Virus record (IMG/VR): IMGVR_UViG_3300020450_001133
Origin: a virus
Taxonomy: Duplodnaviria; Caudoviricetes
Length of the DNA: 64,000 bases
Strand: one strand, 5' to 3'
Shown one piece after another: positions 27,151-36,363 of the stretch (the stretch's first letter is position 1; each line of letters begins with the position of its first letter). The translations under genes and the position numbers were made by a program. The notes beneath the pieces are model-generated. The model was not told the DNA's origin. It made no database searches and worked only from the letters and a program-made list of their open reading frames with translations.

Positions 27151-27382
27151 AATCTTTCCTACTCTCTACATCTAAGATTTTATCTTCAAGCATTTTGATT
27201 CTTGCATTCATTCCACTAATAATCATACTAGTATCTTGGTCCGCAATAATAGTATCTAATGCAATTCTATCATTTTGCATTGTTTCTATTTGGTCTTCTA
27301 ACTCTTTAACCTTATTTTCCAATGTGTATGCAAGGTCAATTAGTTCTGCTTTAGTCATTTGTGTCTTAGACTTTTTACTCAT
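27143..27382 (-). CDS. Coiled-coil hypothetical protein, leaderless
   Basis: 79 aa; 6 nt from a -10 box. Confidence 0.7.
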   Translation of the reverse strand: MSKKSKTQMTKAELIDLAYTLENKVKELEDQIETMQNDRIALDTIIADQDTSMIISGMNARIKMLEDKILDVESRKDYE

Positions 27383-27388
27383 AGATAC

Positions 27389-27417
27389 ATTATACGTTAT
27401 TTTTTAACTGATGTCAA
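27389..27417 (-). promoter_or_regulatory. sigma70 promoter, leaderless
   Basis: TTGACA-17nt-TATAAT, 6 nt from ATG 27382. Confidence 0.9.
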
Positions 27418-28353
27418 CTAGTATTCTAACGTATTTGACTCCTTTATTTTTGTGTACTTTGTAAAGTAATTATCAATAATTCGGTCATAATGGAAGGTTA
27501 TTCTATGTAAGACACGTTTTGCAATTATCTCAGGTTCCCATTCTACTCGTTTGTGTAATGTTAATACTTGGTCACTTATAACAATGTCACCTGGATGCCA
27601 TTTATGATTGTAGACATATTTGTCTTGAAAACAATGTTCTTTAAGAATTTTTTTAAGTTCTGGATCTGTAGGAAATCTACAGTTATTATGAAAGTGAAAA
27701 TATAGGCCCTTTTGACCGTTAAATGCTTCGTGTAACAGGTTCATTTGGTACTTATGGTTACCAATACCAAAGCCTTTCATTGCCATTAGTTGTGGCATAG
27801 GTACACCTTTTGCCCAATTTTCAGGTGCATATTCAAAGTCTCCCACAACTCCTTCACACCGTTCTTTAATATCATCTGGTAAGTCTCTGTATGCATTTAC
27901 AGTATTCATAAATGCTGTATGAGTTTCTTCGCTATTCCAAGCACCTTGTAATGCAACACCTCTTGCTCTATCCATATCACCATTCATGTTGCTATGCCAG
28001 TCCAATTCTCCATTACCAAATATGCCTGTAGCCATTCCTTTGTCTGTAGTTTCGCCTGTAACTCTTTGTAAAGGGTAATTGTTATCCTCTCCGTCAAATG
28101 TAAAAGGATCTATAAATTCTGTTTTAGGTCTTGTAGTACCATCTTGATTCCATAACATTTGCTCCCAATTTGCAAAGGTACCCATTTTGTGAATAAGTTT
28201 AGTAAAAGGAATTGTTTCAAAAGGCTGATTTTCAAATACTATAACAAGTTTGTCTAAATAAATTTCGTTTATATCTTGATAGTCTTGTTCACTAAGTTTG
28301 CTAATGTCACAGTCTATTTTAACTGCAACATCTCTAATTTTTTCTACTTTCAT
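27418..28353 (-). CDS. TauD/TfdA-family Fe(II)/2OG dioxygenase (start moved to ATG 28353)
   Basis: LDWHSN (HxD/N variant), HKWHPGDIVISDQVLTLHKR, R.LHR. Confidence 0.8.
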   Translation of the reverse strand: MKVEKIRDVAVKIDCDISKLSEQDYQDINEIYLDKLVIVFENQPFETIPFTKLIHKMGTFANWEQMLWNQDGTTRPKTEFIDPFTFDGEDNNYPLQRVTGETTDKGMATGIFGNGELDWHSNMNGDMDRARGVALQGAWNSEETHTAFMNTVNAYRDLPDDIKERCEGVVGDFEYAPENWAKGVPMPQLMAMKGFGIGNHKYQMNLLHEAFNGQKGLYFHFHNNCRFPTDPELKKILKEHCFQDKYVYNHKWHPGDIVISDQVLTLHKRVEWEPEIIAKRVLHRITFHYDRIIDNYFTKYTKIKESNTLEY

Positions 28354-28853
28354 TCTATATGTTCCACAACACACCCACTCTTTTCTAAAAATTCTCTACC
28401 TGATCCTTTATCTGCTTTGTAAGTATGTTTGAATATAACTGTTTTAATACCCGATTGATATATTAACTTTGCACAATCCATACAAGGTTCATGTGTGCAA
28501 AACAATGTAGCATCTTTACAGTTTTCGTTACTTTGTGCCACTTTTGCAATAGCATTTGTTTCTGCATGTAATACTTCTGGTTTTGTTCTTAATCTACTCC
28601 AAGTAGCACCGTGTGGAGAATCATGGAACTTTGCTCCTTGGTTTTCCCATTCCTGTCTCATGTGAGGAATATCATTCCAAGTTTCTGTTGTTTCGCAATC
28701 ATTGGTCCAACCACTAGGCATGCCGTTGTAACCAATACTAATAATTCTATTGTCCTTAACAATACATGCACCTACTTGGGCTCGTTTGGCACTACTTAAT
28801 TGTGCAAATCTTTCTGCACAATCCATAAATGCATGTTTAAACTTCTCTTTCAT
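28350..28853 (-). CDS. dCMP deaminase
   Basis: IGYNG, HAETNAI, PCMDC zinc motifs. Confidence 0.93.
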   Translation of the reverse strand: MKEKFKHAFMDCAERFAQLSSAKRAQVGACIVKDNRIISIGYNGMPSGWTNDCETTETWNDIPHMRQEWENQGAKFHDSPHGATWSRLRTKPEVLHAETNAIAKVAQSNENCKDATLFCTHEPCMDCAKLIYQSGIKTVIFKHTYKADKGSGREFLEKSGCVVEHIE

Positions 28854-30051
28854 CTACTACACTCACTGCGGCACTTCTGCCACCAAATCCAAAACTAGTT
28901 TTAAACAGCCTTGTGTATTCTTTTTCTTCTATTTGAGACAATAAATTAAAATAACCATCTTCTGTAAATGGTTTTACTAAATTTGCATTTGCAGGAACAA
29001 ATCCTTGCTTCATTGCTTCTGCACCTAATACTACTTCTGCTAATCCACTAGCACCCATTAAATGGCCCACTTGACTTTTATTTCCGTACAAGTGACTTCC
29101 CTCTGGAAAATAATCTTTCAACACGTTGTATTCTACAGGGTCACCAAATGGTGTACTAGTAGCATGAGCATTTAATACATTATAGTCTACAGCACTGGTA
29201 CCTGCTTGTGATAATGCTTTATCAATAGCAATCCTGGCACCAGTGCCTTCCAAATCAGGCTGGGTAGCATGAGCACCATCGTTCGCTATCCCGATGCCAT
29301 CTACTACCCATCTGATATTTGCTCCCCTCTCCCTAGCAAGTTCTAAAGGTTCAACTACCAGATAAACTGTACCCTCGCCCATAACAAAACCATCTCTACT
29401 TTCGTCCCATGGTACACTTCTACCTGTTGGACTTATTGCTCCTAACAGTTGAAAGTATATTGTACTCATAGAACTAGTCATAAAGTCTGTTGCACCTACA
29501 ACGGCACAAGTATATTCTTCTGTCATCATATACTTTTTGGCAAGGTCTAATGCTTGTACTCCACTAATACATGTACCACTTGTACCCATACTGGCACCAT
29601 GCCATTTGTAATGACTACTTACGTGATTACTAACGTATTCGTGTGAACTACTTAATAAAATTTGGGGGTGTACTTTGCGTCTTTGTTCATGTAGTATTTG
29701 TCCATACCTTGCTAGGTTTGGTGCACCTCCTCTGATAGTGCCCACAAATACTGGAGTATTGTCTGGAAAATCTAAGCCACTCATTTCTACTGCTTCATTT
29801 ACAGCAATCATGCTGGTAATAACAGTAGGATCTAACCAACGTTTATCTTTTGCTTTTATTAAATCTTCTAAATCAACATCTTCATAGTTACAATGAAATG
29901 CTTTTTCTACATTCAAAATCCAATCACTAAAATGACCTTGTGGTTTATAATCACTAATTGGAACTTGTAGAGCCTTTAAATTTTGTATGTTTTCGAAGAG
30001 ATTATTGCCTAAAGGCGAAACAATACCCACTCCGGTGATAGCGAGTTTCAT
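28837..30051 (-). CDS. fabF: Beta-ketoacyl-ACP synthase (FabF/FabB-type)
   Basis: GTCISG (Cys), NAHATST and GHLMGASG (His-His), GFVMGEG, SFGFGG; TAAATA 5 nt before ATG. Confidence 0.9.
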   Translation of the reverse strand: MKLAITGVGIVSPLGNNLFENIQNLKALQVPISDYKPQGHFSDWILNVEKAFHCNYEDVDLEDLIKAKDKRWLDPTVITSMIAVNEAVEMSGLDFPDNTPVFVGTIRGGAPNLARYGQILHEQRRKVHPQILLSSSHEYVSNHVSSHYKWHGASMGTSGTCISGVQALDLAKKYMMTEEYTCAVVGATDFMTSSMSTIYFQLLGAISPTGRSVPWDESRDGFVMGEGTVYLVVEPLELARERGANIRWVVDGIGIANDGAHATQPDLEGTGARIAIDKALSQAGTSAVDYNVLNAHATSTPFGDPVEYNVLKDYFPEGSHLYGNKSQVGHLMGASGLAEVVLGAEAMKQGFVPANANLVKPFTEDGYFNLLSQIEEKEYTRLFKTSFGFGGRSAAVSVVDEREV

Positions 30052-30078
30052 ACAAATATTTATGAATGGATTTAAGTA

Positions 30079-30972
30079 TTAAGCCAGTTTCTTGATAGCC
30101 ATTGACTGGTATGCACCAGTGTTATCAGATTCTGTATTATTATAAATTACTGAGTCCCATTTAGAAGTATCAATCTTTGATAATGCATCTGATACTGCTA
30201 AGTTTACTGCATTAAGGTGAATTTTATCGTATATAAGCACACCGCCAACTGGTATTTTATTAAAGAATCTATGTAGTTGCATACTCATATCTTTTCTAAG
30301 AACTGCATCAATTCTAGTTTCTTCATCACCACTTGCTCCTGTATATGAACCTGAGAATGCTGGTGATGGGCAAAATACAATTACATCTGATGGTATTGAA
30401 TCTGAACTGCCATCTTCTAATTTAGCATCGTCTTTGTTTAAGACATCATTTTTAGTGTGGAAGTCATATAAATTTTTAGCAACTTCTGTGGCTATGTCTT
30501 CATCTGACATGTTTACAAATGGTGTAGTTAATGTTGTGCCGTCATCTTTTGTATCAATTACTGCATCTGTAACATTATTTTTAATTGTTATTTCAGTGTT
30601 ACCAACACCTGCCCAATTAACAACGCCATGCATTTCTTGTAGATAAACATTATCAATTGAACCTAATACTGTTTTTACATTTGCTCTGTGATTGTTAGGT
30701 TGACTACTTGTATCATTAAAAGCATCTCTTAAAATAACTTTAAGATCCGCACCGTTTGTACAATTTTGAACAATAAATTTTGGAGTTTTGCCTGTTCCTC
30801 TTCCTGGGGAAACAACTTGCACATATTCACCTGCGTCTAGTTGGTCGCAAATAAGTTTTAATAATGCTCCGTGAGCCTTAGTTAAGGAACCTGGATCAGA
30901 ATCAGACCAAGTAAATGCGGATGTATCTACTGCGGCTCTTTCCACTTCAGTAGGTAATGTGATATTAGGCAT
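30079..30972 (-). CDS. Class I SAM-methyltransferase-like protein, paralog A
   Basis: PGRGTGKT Gly loop followed by LKVILRD; N-terminus homologous to the next gene. Confidence 0.45.
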   Translation of the reverse strand: MPNITLPTEVERAAVDTSAFTWSDSDPGSLTKAHGALLKLICDQLDAGEYVQVVSPGRGTGKTPKFIVQNCTNGADLKVILRDAFNDTSSQPNNHRANVKTVLGSIDNVYLQEMHGVVNWAGVGNTEITIKNNVTDAVIDTKDDGTTLTTPFVNMSDEDIATEVAKNLYDFHTKNDVLNKDDAKLEDGSSDSIPSDVIVFCPSPAFSGSYTGASGDEETRIDAVLRKDMSMQLHRFFNKIPVGGVLIYDKIHLNAVNLAVSDALSKIDTSKWDSVIYNNTESDNTGAYQSMAIKKLA

Positions 30973-31037
30973 GTTTTACTCCAATAAAATAATTTTTTAA
31001 CACAACTATTTATCTATTTTGTGCAAACACACGAGTT

Positions 31038-31868
31038 TTATGCAGTACGTTTTATTAGTCCAACACTAAAATTACCATTTACTTCATTGCAAAACACTTC
31101 TTCAAACTCGTATCCTAAGAGTTTGTTGGCTTCATATGCCTGCCAAAATGCTACATTTGTTTTAGGTAAATGAAAGTACGTTACTACTAATACGCCATTA
31201 ACTGGTAAATTTTTTATTACACCTGACAGTTCTCGTATCAATCCATCTTCTTCATGTGCGGCACTTCCTATGGATATGGGCCAAGTCATGTAAATTACTA
31301 ATGAAGGCTTAAACTTTTCATCACTAGGGCCTAATGCTTCATTATTTACATTTTTAATACAAGATAATGGAACAGTTACAGCATCTAACTTGCTTAATTC
31401 TGCTTTTGTCAATGCAACAGGTTCTGTGTTTAAATCTATTGTTCTATAATGATTAGGTGGGTCATAGTTAAAAGGATCAATTAAATTTACAGTTACAGGA
31501 TTACCCACGTCATCATATACTATATCTCTTGTACCTGATATGTCTAGTTTATATACATTGCCATGATTAGTACAATTTAAAAAATAATCTGATGTAGCAA
31601 AGAATGAATCATCAAACATATCTACTGTAACAATTTTTAGACTTAATCCGTTAGTTGCATTGTCTTTAATAAAAGTTGCAGTTTTACCTGTACCTGCATA
31701 CATTTCTCTACAAGATATATGTTCACCAGAATCCATTTGGTCTGTTAAAAGTTTTATAATTGCCGCAACTTCTGGTGTTAGTGGTCCGTCAATTAAGTCG
31801 TCCCAAACTAATGCAGATGTATCTACTTCACCTATTTGTTCAATTGTTGGAAGGGTAAGATTACTCAT
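31038..31868 (-). CDS. Class I SAM-methyltransferase-like protein, paralog B
   Basis: EMYAGTGKT...LKIVTVDMF (motif I/II-like). Confidence 0.5.
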   Translation of the reverse strand: MSNLTLPTIEQIGEVDTSALVWDDLIDGPLTPEVAAIIKLLTDQMDSGEHISCREMYAGTGKTATFIKDNATNGLSLKIVTVDMFDDSFFATSDYFLNCTNHGNVYKLDISGTRDIVYDDVGNPVTVNLIDPFNYDPPNHYRTIDLNTEPVALTKAELSKLDAVTVPLSCIKNVNNEALGPSDEKFKPSLVIYMTWPISIGSAAHEEDGLIRELSGVIKNLPVNGVLVVTYFHLPKTNVAFWQAYEANKLLGYEFEEVFCNEVNGNFSVGLIKRTA

Positions 31869-32475
31869 CGCTGTCAGAATCTACTTCTGCTTGTGCTTCT
31901 TCAAATTCTGCTTGTGCTTCTTCGTATCGCTTTATTTCTTCTCGTCTCACATCTCTTGCAGTTTCTAAATAAGAAAACATTGTGTCTACATCACTTACTT
32001 CAAATGGGTCACCAGCAAAGTTATCTTCTTTGCCCTGCTCACAGAATATCATTTCAACTCTGCCATTGTCAATAACTGCAGAATATCTTTGGCTTCTTAA
32101 TCCAAAGCATACTGCTGATTTTTCAACAAGCATACCCATATGACGTGTGAATTCACCGTTGCCGTCTGCAATAGGTTTAACATTTACTATACCTTGGTCT
32201 GCAAACCAGGCATTCATTACAAATGAATCATTTACACTCAAACAATATACTTCATCGATGTCTTGTTCAAGCAGTTCATTATACCTTGCTTCATAACCTG
32301 GTAAGTGTGTGCTACTACAAGTAGGAGTAAATGCTCCTGGTAGTGAAAATAACACAACCCGTTTTCCTTCAAACAAATCCTTTGAGTCTTCTTCTATCCA
32401 CTCATAATCTGTTTTACCTTCAGGAATCGCTCTCTTGTTCCATTTTACCAAAGGTATTGTCATTTCAATAGCCAT
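31861..32475 (-). CDS. Peroxiredoxin, Prx5 type
   Basis: LPGAFTPTCSSTHLPGY, SVNDSFVMNAW, ADGNGEFT, RSQRYS; late promoter 32503-32508. Confidence 0.95.
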   Translation of the reverse strand: MAIEMTIPLVKWNKRAIPEGKTDYEWIEEDSKDLFEGKRVVLFSLPGAFTPTCSSTHLPGYEARYNELLEQDIDEVYCLSVNDSFVMNAWFADQGIVNVKPIADGNGEFTRHMGMLVEKSAVCFGLRSQRYSAVIDNGRVEMIFCEQGKEDNFAGDPFEVSDVDTMFSYLETARDVRREEIKRYEEAQAEFEEAQAEVDSDSDE

Positions 32476-32510
32476 ATCATATCTCCTTTATTGCTAATCG
32501 TATATTTATT

Positions 32511-32903
32511 TTATTTAAAAAGTTGTTCCATATATTTTTGTAAACTTTGAATAGGAAATCTATTTGCAAATTTTAACTCAAATATCATTCTTTCTTCCTC
32601 TGTGAACTTTTTGCCTAAAGGTCTTATCCACACATTTACACTAAACTGAGGAAAGTCCATGCCATACATAGCATGTGGTTTTCCATAACTCATGCGTATT
32701 TCATACTCTATGCTATTCTTATCAAACCATTTTGTAAAAGGCTTTATAGCATTATGTACAGCCGCTTCAGTCATATGCTCATAGTCAGCATCATCATTGC
32801 AAGGAGCACACAATACTAATAATGCTCCTTGCAAATCTTTTAGTTCTTCATTTACAGAACCTTCTAAAAAGTTCTCCATCTCTTGTCTATCTTTGTTTGG
32901 CAC
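32511..32903 (-). CDS. Hypothetical protein
   Basis: 130 aa ORF. Confidence 0.65.
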   Translation of the reverse strand: MPNKDRQEMENFLEGSVNEELKDLQGALLVLCAPCNDDADYEHMTEAAVHNAIKPFTKWFDKNSIEYEIRMSYGKPHAMYGMDFPQFSVNVWIRPLGKKFTEEERMIFELKFANRFPIQSLQKYMEQLFK

Positions 32904-33330
32904 CTAGGTAATCCTTATCCTTGTATGTTTTTATCATATGGCATTTAACACACAATGTCTGTATATTATCCTTCGTATTAGCACCACCTTGGCTCTTTAG
33001 GTGTATATGGTCACCATGCATAATGGCTCGCATTACACGAACTCTATGATACTCATCATCTATTTCTTCAAACTGAGGATCTTCAGTTGGGTTATATCCA
33101 CACTTTGCACATTCCATAGTCCTATAAAATGTCCAAGGTCTTTCAGGTTTACCCATACCGCCGTACTCGACACATTCCAATTGATGTTCTCTACATAAAG
33201 TGTTGCTACCAGGACCGTCATATATACTGATTGTATTATCACAATCCTCTAGCAAACACTTTTTGTTGAGTTGCTCTTTTAAGACTGCGTTAGATTTTAA
33301 CTTGTCTTTGTTTGGGTCTCTTATTGCCAT
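32887..33330 (-). CDS. HNH endonuclease
   Basis: CAKC...HGDHIHLKSQGGANTKDNIQTLCVKCH. Confidence 0.88.
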   Translation of the reverse strand: MAIRDPNKDKLKSNAVLKEQLNKKCLLEDCDNTISIYDGPGSNTLCREHQLECVEYGGMGKPERPWTFYRTMECAKCGYNPTEDPQFEEIDDEYHRVRVMRAIMHGDHIHLKSQGGANTKDNIQTLCVKCHMIKTYKDKDYLGAKQR

Positions 33331-34484
33331 AATTCAAAATCCAATACACTATACCCATTGTTAGGAGAGTATGTTGGAGTTTTTAAGTCTGTGCTTTTCT
33401 TAATTTGTGCAATAAGGAAAGGTCCGCCACAACGCCATTCTGTAGTAAACCCTCTAACTATAATTTCGCCATCCTCATTTTTATCATCGCTATGCTTGTT
33501 AGCACCTCGATACCAATTTGAATAACTTTGTTTTACCTTATCCCAAAACATTCCATTCTCACTAAAGTCTGCTTCAAAGTATTCTTTAGTGAAGTCTGCA
33601 AGTTTTCTGCAGTAATCATCATCTACTTTTATACCTTGGTTATAACAAGCATCAAAGTATTCATACAGTTGCCTTGCTTCTTTAGGTCTTACAGGTCTGT
33701 CCTGATTCAAGTAACTCCAGTAACTAGTAAACATCTTAGTAATGTTTGGATGTTTTCTCTTTCTTAAACTTTTACTCATTAAGGTGTCTGCTAACAATGT
33801 AAATGCACCATTCTCATCTTCATCGCCAAACTTATTGTTTGTAGCAAACAAACCTGCATTTTCAAAGTATTGTTGCTTTTGTTCTGAATCAATCCAATCC
33901 TCATCTGTTGCTCCATCGACTCTCACACCAAACACCATTTGCTTGAATGTGTCAATAAAGTCTAAAGGTTCCTTTGCATCTCCATTTAACAAAATAAAGT
34001 TACGTCTTATCTCTAACTTATTTTCTACTGGATATTCTACAACTGGAATCTCAACACTTGCAGGACGTTGTCCAAATACTTTTGTTGCAATAATGTATAA
34101 AGTAATAGCAGTATGTTGTCCGTCCCATGCTATCCATTCATCACCTGGAGGAACTTCTTTATACACCTGTATAGGCATAACCATACTCTGACTAAAGTAG
34201 CCAAGTATCTTTATAACATGCCTAATATTCAGAGGACGTTGTAATGTAGTATCAATTACAATGTCACTCATCTTTGCAGGAATAGAATTGCACAATGTAA
34301 TATCATCAAATGACTTCCATTGTTTATTTCTACGTTTGAATTCATCTACTGCACCATCCAGCATTTTTGCAAATACTGGATTTAGTTCTAGTGCATCATT
34401 TAGACGTTGTTGTAATGAAACAAGATTACTTGCTTCTTCTGTGAATTGCTGATTTATTTTATCAGCATAACTTGTAGTAGTCAT
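33321..34484 (-). CDS. ParB/Srx-like domain protein
   Basis: DTTLQRPL...PIQVY...WDGQHT motif. Confidence 0.6.
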   Translation of the reverse strand: MTTTSYADKINQQFTEEASNLVSLQQRLNDALELNPVFAKMLDGAVDEFKRRNKQWKSFDDITLCNSIPAKMSDIVIDTTLQRPLNIRHVIKILGYFSQSMVMPIQVYKEVPPGDEWIAWDGQHTAITLYIIATKVFGQRPASVEIPVVEYPVENKLEIRRNFILLNGDAKEPLDFIDTFKQMVFGVRVDGATDEDWIDSEQKQQYFENAGLFATNNKFGDEDENGAFTLLADTLMSKSLRKRKHPNITKMFTSYWSYLNQDRPVRPKEARQLYEYFDACYNQGIKVDDDYCRKLADFTKEYFEADFSENGMFWDKVKQSYSNWYRGANKHSDDKNEDGEIIVRGFTTEWRCGGPFLIAQIKKSTDLKTPTYSPNNGYSVLDFELWQ

Positions 34485-34765
34485 TTAGCAACAACTCCTA
34501 CCCATAAATTATCATTTTCATATCTACGGGTTCTAATCATTACATCACTGTCTTTGTAATGCCTTCTATTATAATTTGCCACAGCACTTAACATACGACA
34601 ACCGCCGCTTTTGTTACGTTTTATGCTTTCGTGGTTTGCTGGAATTACTAAAGCACTTCCTTCACTTAATAAATGTAACTTGTACCTAGAATTAGTACTG
34701 TTACGTCTTGGTGGCATTGCCGCCGTTACAATTTCAAAATTGTAATCTTCATTGTTTGTCTTCAT
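34481..34765 (-). CDS. Small basic protein (start moved to ATG 34765)
   Basis: Strong SD GAGGAGG precedes ATG 34765. Confidence 0.7.
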   Translation of the reverse strand: MKTNNEDYNFEIVTAAMPPRRNSTNSRYKLHLLSEGSALVIPANHESIKRNKSGGCRMLSAVANYNRRHYKDSDVMIRTRRYENDNLWVGVVAK

Positions 34766-34832
34766 ATTAAACCTCCTCGCCATTCTCGGCATTAGCGGGC
34801 CTCATCGCCCTAAGTCATATTAGACATTTTTA

Positions 34833-34860
34833 ATTATACTTCTTTATTCTAATTTGTCAA
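34833..34860 (-). promoter_or_regulatory. sigma70 promoter
   Basis: TTGACA-16nt-TATAAT. Confidence 0.8.
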
Positions 34861-35100
34861 GCCTTTTCTTTTGAAAAACATAACAACACCATATAAACTA
34901 ATAAGAAACCAAAATACTTCAATTACTATACTAGCAAGGTTTGGTGTATAAACTAAACTTACTGTAACAAGTATTGCAACCAATAAGTTGTTAAAACTGT
35001 ACCAAAACCCTTTAGGGTCTATCTTATCTAATTGCAGTAGTGCATACGTGATTATTAATAATGCAACTCCTGTTAATCCTATTAGGTCTGGTAATGTCAT
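34849..35100 (-). CDS. CBU_0592-like small membrane protein
   Basis: DLIGLTGVALLIITYALLQ...YSFNN...SL...NLASIVIEVFW. Confidence 0.7.
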   Translation of the reverse strand: MTLPDLIGLTGVALLIITYALLQLDKIDPKGFWYSFNNLLVAILVTVSLVYTPNLASIVIEVFWFLISLYGVVMFFKRKGLTN

Positions 35101-35243
35101 TTTTTATCCTTTCTTTTTTCTCCAAATATCTTTTCCCATGCTTCTGCATACTTGTTCTGGTCAGTAGGTTTTTGTATGGAGCCTTTGCCTCCATGCCATT
35201 TACCTTTACTCGCTGTCTCGTTGTTCTTTTTCTCTTTGCTCAT
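35097..35243 (-). CDS. Small basic protein, 48 aa (not in ORF track)
   Basis: MSKEKKNNETASKGKWHGGKGSIQKPTDQNKYAEAWEKIFGEKRKDKK; TGA overlaps the next ATG. Confidence 0.65.
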   Translation of the reverse strand: MSKEKKNNETASKGKWHGGKGSIQKPTDQNKYAEAWEKIFGEKRKDKK

Positions 35244-35358
35244 ATTCTAACCAATCCCACGGATATCCAGTTCTTGGCTCTTTGTTTTCCTTTGCTCTTT
35301 TCCAGGCTTGATCCTGTAAAGTATTAGGAGTCTTTTCTTTTTTCTTTTCTTCGCTCAT
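35206..35358 (-). CDS. Small charged protein, 50 aa (not in ORF track)
   Basis: MSEEKKKEKTPNTLQDQAWKRAKENKEPRTGYPWDWLEYEQREKEQRDSE. Confidence 0.55.
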   Translation of the reverse strand: MSEEKKKEKTPNTLQDQAWKRAKENKEPRTGYPWDWLEYEQREKEQRDSE

Positions 35359-35527
35359 TTGTTTTAAGTGTCTCTCCACAATGTGGGCATTTAAGTGGTA
35401 TGTCTAATAATTCGCTATATGCAGTATGTTTATTCCATTCCTCATCTATGTCCACAGTAGGTATAACCTCTGCGTGGAACATCTCAGGTGGTAAAGGAAA
35501 TCCTACATGTTTGTTTGAGTCTACCAT
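35324..35527 (-). CDS. Small protein with CxxC
   Basis: LKCPHCGE. Confidence 0.6.
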   Translation of the reverse strand: MVDSNKHVGFPLPPEMFHAEVIPTVDIDEEWNKHTAYSELLDIPLKCPHCGETLKTNERRKEKRKDS

Positions 35528-35820
35528 TTTTCTAAATTTACACCTCGGGTATTAAATGTTCCTTTTGTTCTGCTTTCTCTATAATCAAATGGTACACTTA
35601 CACTAAAAGGATCTGATATTCCTGTGCCTACCCATTCAGCAGTATTGTAAATTGTACTAGGATTTACATGGTCCAAATACTTTTCTACAAACATATTATT
35701 CTTTTCACACCATGCTTCTATTTCTTCATAAGTTCCATACACCAATGTACCCATTTTGTATTCACTGTGGTCTGCATGTAGCACTCTTGCTATTTCTTGA
35801 TGTGATATACAGTTACTCAT
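35521..35820 (-). CDS. Hypothetical protein
   Basis: 99 aa, coupled. Confidence 0.65.
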   Translation of the reverse strand: MSNCISHQEIARVLHADHSEYKMGTLVYGTYEEIEAWCEKNNMFVEKYLDHVNPSTIYNTAEWVGTGISDPFSVSVPFDYRESRTKGTFNTRGVNLEKW

Positions 35821-35960
35821 CCTATCTTTGGTGTTTCAGGATTTGGCTGATAATCAAAATAATCCAAACTATCTACGGTACTTTGCCACCTGGTTATAAT
35901 AATAAACAACACTGAAACTATCAGCATTGTAATAATTAGGTCTGGTATTGGGTTTCTCAT
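35817..35960 (-). CDS. Small membrane protein, 47 aa (not in ORF track)
   Basis: MRNPIPDLIITMLIVSVLFIIITRWQSTVDSLDYFDYQPNPETPKIG; SD GGAG. Confidence 0.65.
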   Translation of the reverse strand: MRNPIPDLIITMLIVSVLFIIITRWQSTVDSLDYFDYQPNPETPKIG

Positions 35961-36178
35961 ACTATATCTCCATGTACATCTATCTCATCATATTGCTCTA
36001 ATCTTTTAGGAATTACAACTACATAATTACAAGTCTCACAACATCTTCCGTCCATTATGGGCCAAGCATTATGACTTTCAATTCCCTTTATGGGTTTAGA
36101 ACAAAGACAGCAACTTATAGTATCACCTTTCAGTCTACCTATAACATGTTTTGCGTCTTGTTCTGTAAAATCAGACAT
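35957..36178 (-). CDS. Small zinc-ribbon protein
   Basis: CCLC...GHNAWP-like SHNAWP...RCCETCN. Confidence 0.7.
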   Translation of the reverse strand: MSDFTEQDAKHVIGRLKGDTISCCLCSKPIKGIESHNAWPIMDGRCCETCNYVVVIPKRLEQYDEIDVHGDIV

Positions 36179-36363
36179 TATTCAACCTCTTGCCAATAAC
36201 CTTGATTCAATAAATTATCAATGTATAATTGACCACCTTCATATGTCATAAGATGATTTTCGCCATCTTCATTGACTTTCCAAAATTCTAAACCTTCTTC
36301 ACGGGTACTTTCAAATGTAATAACATTTTTACCGTTTGTTAAAACTTTTACAAATTCAATCAT
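36178..36363 (-). CDS. Hypothetical protein
   Basis: 61 aa, coupled. Confidence 0.6.
   Translation of the reverse strand: MIEFVKVLTNGKNVITFESTREEGLEFWKVNEDGENHLMTYEGGQLYIDNLLNQGYWQEVE

Noticed and set aside
32887-33330. HNH gene as an intron or intein-borne mobile element
   Set aside because: Free-standing ORF coupled to its neighbours; no interrupted host gene or splice features.
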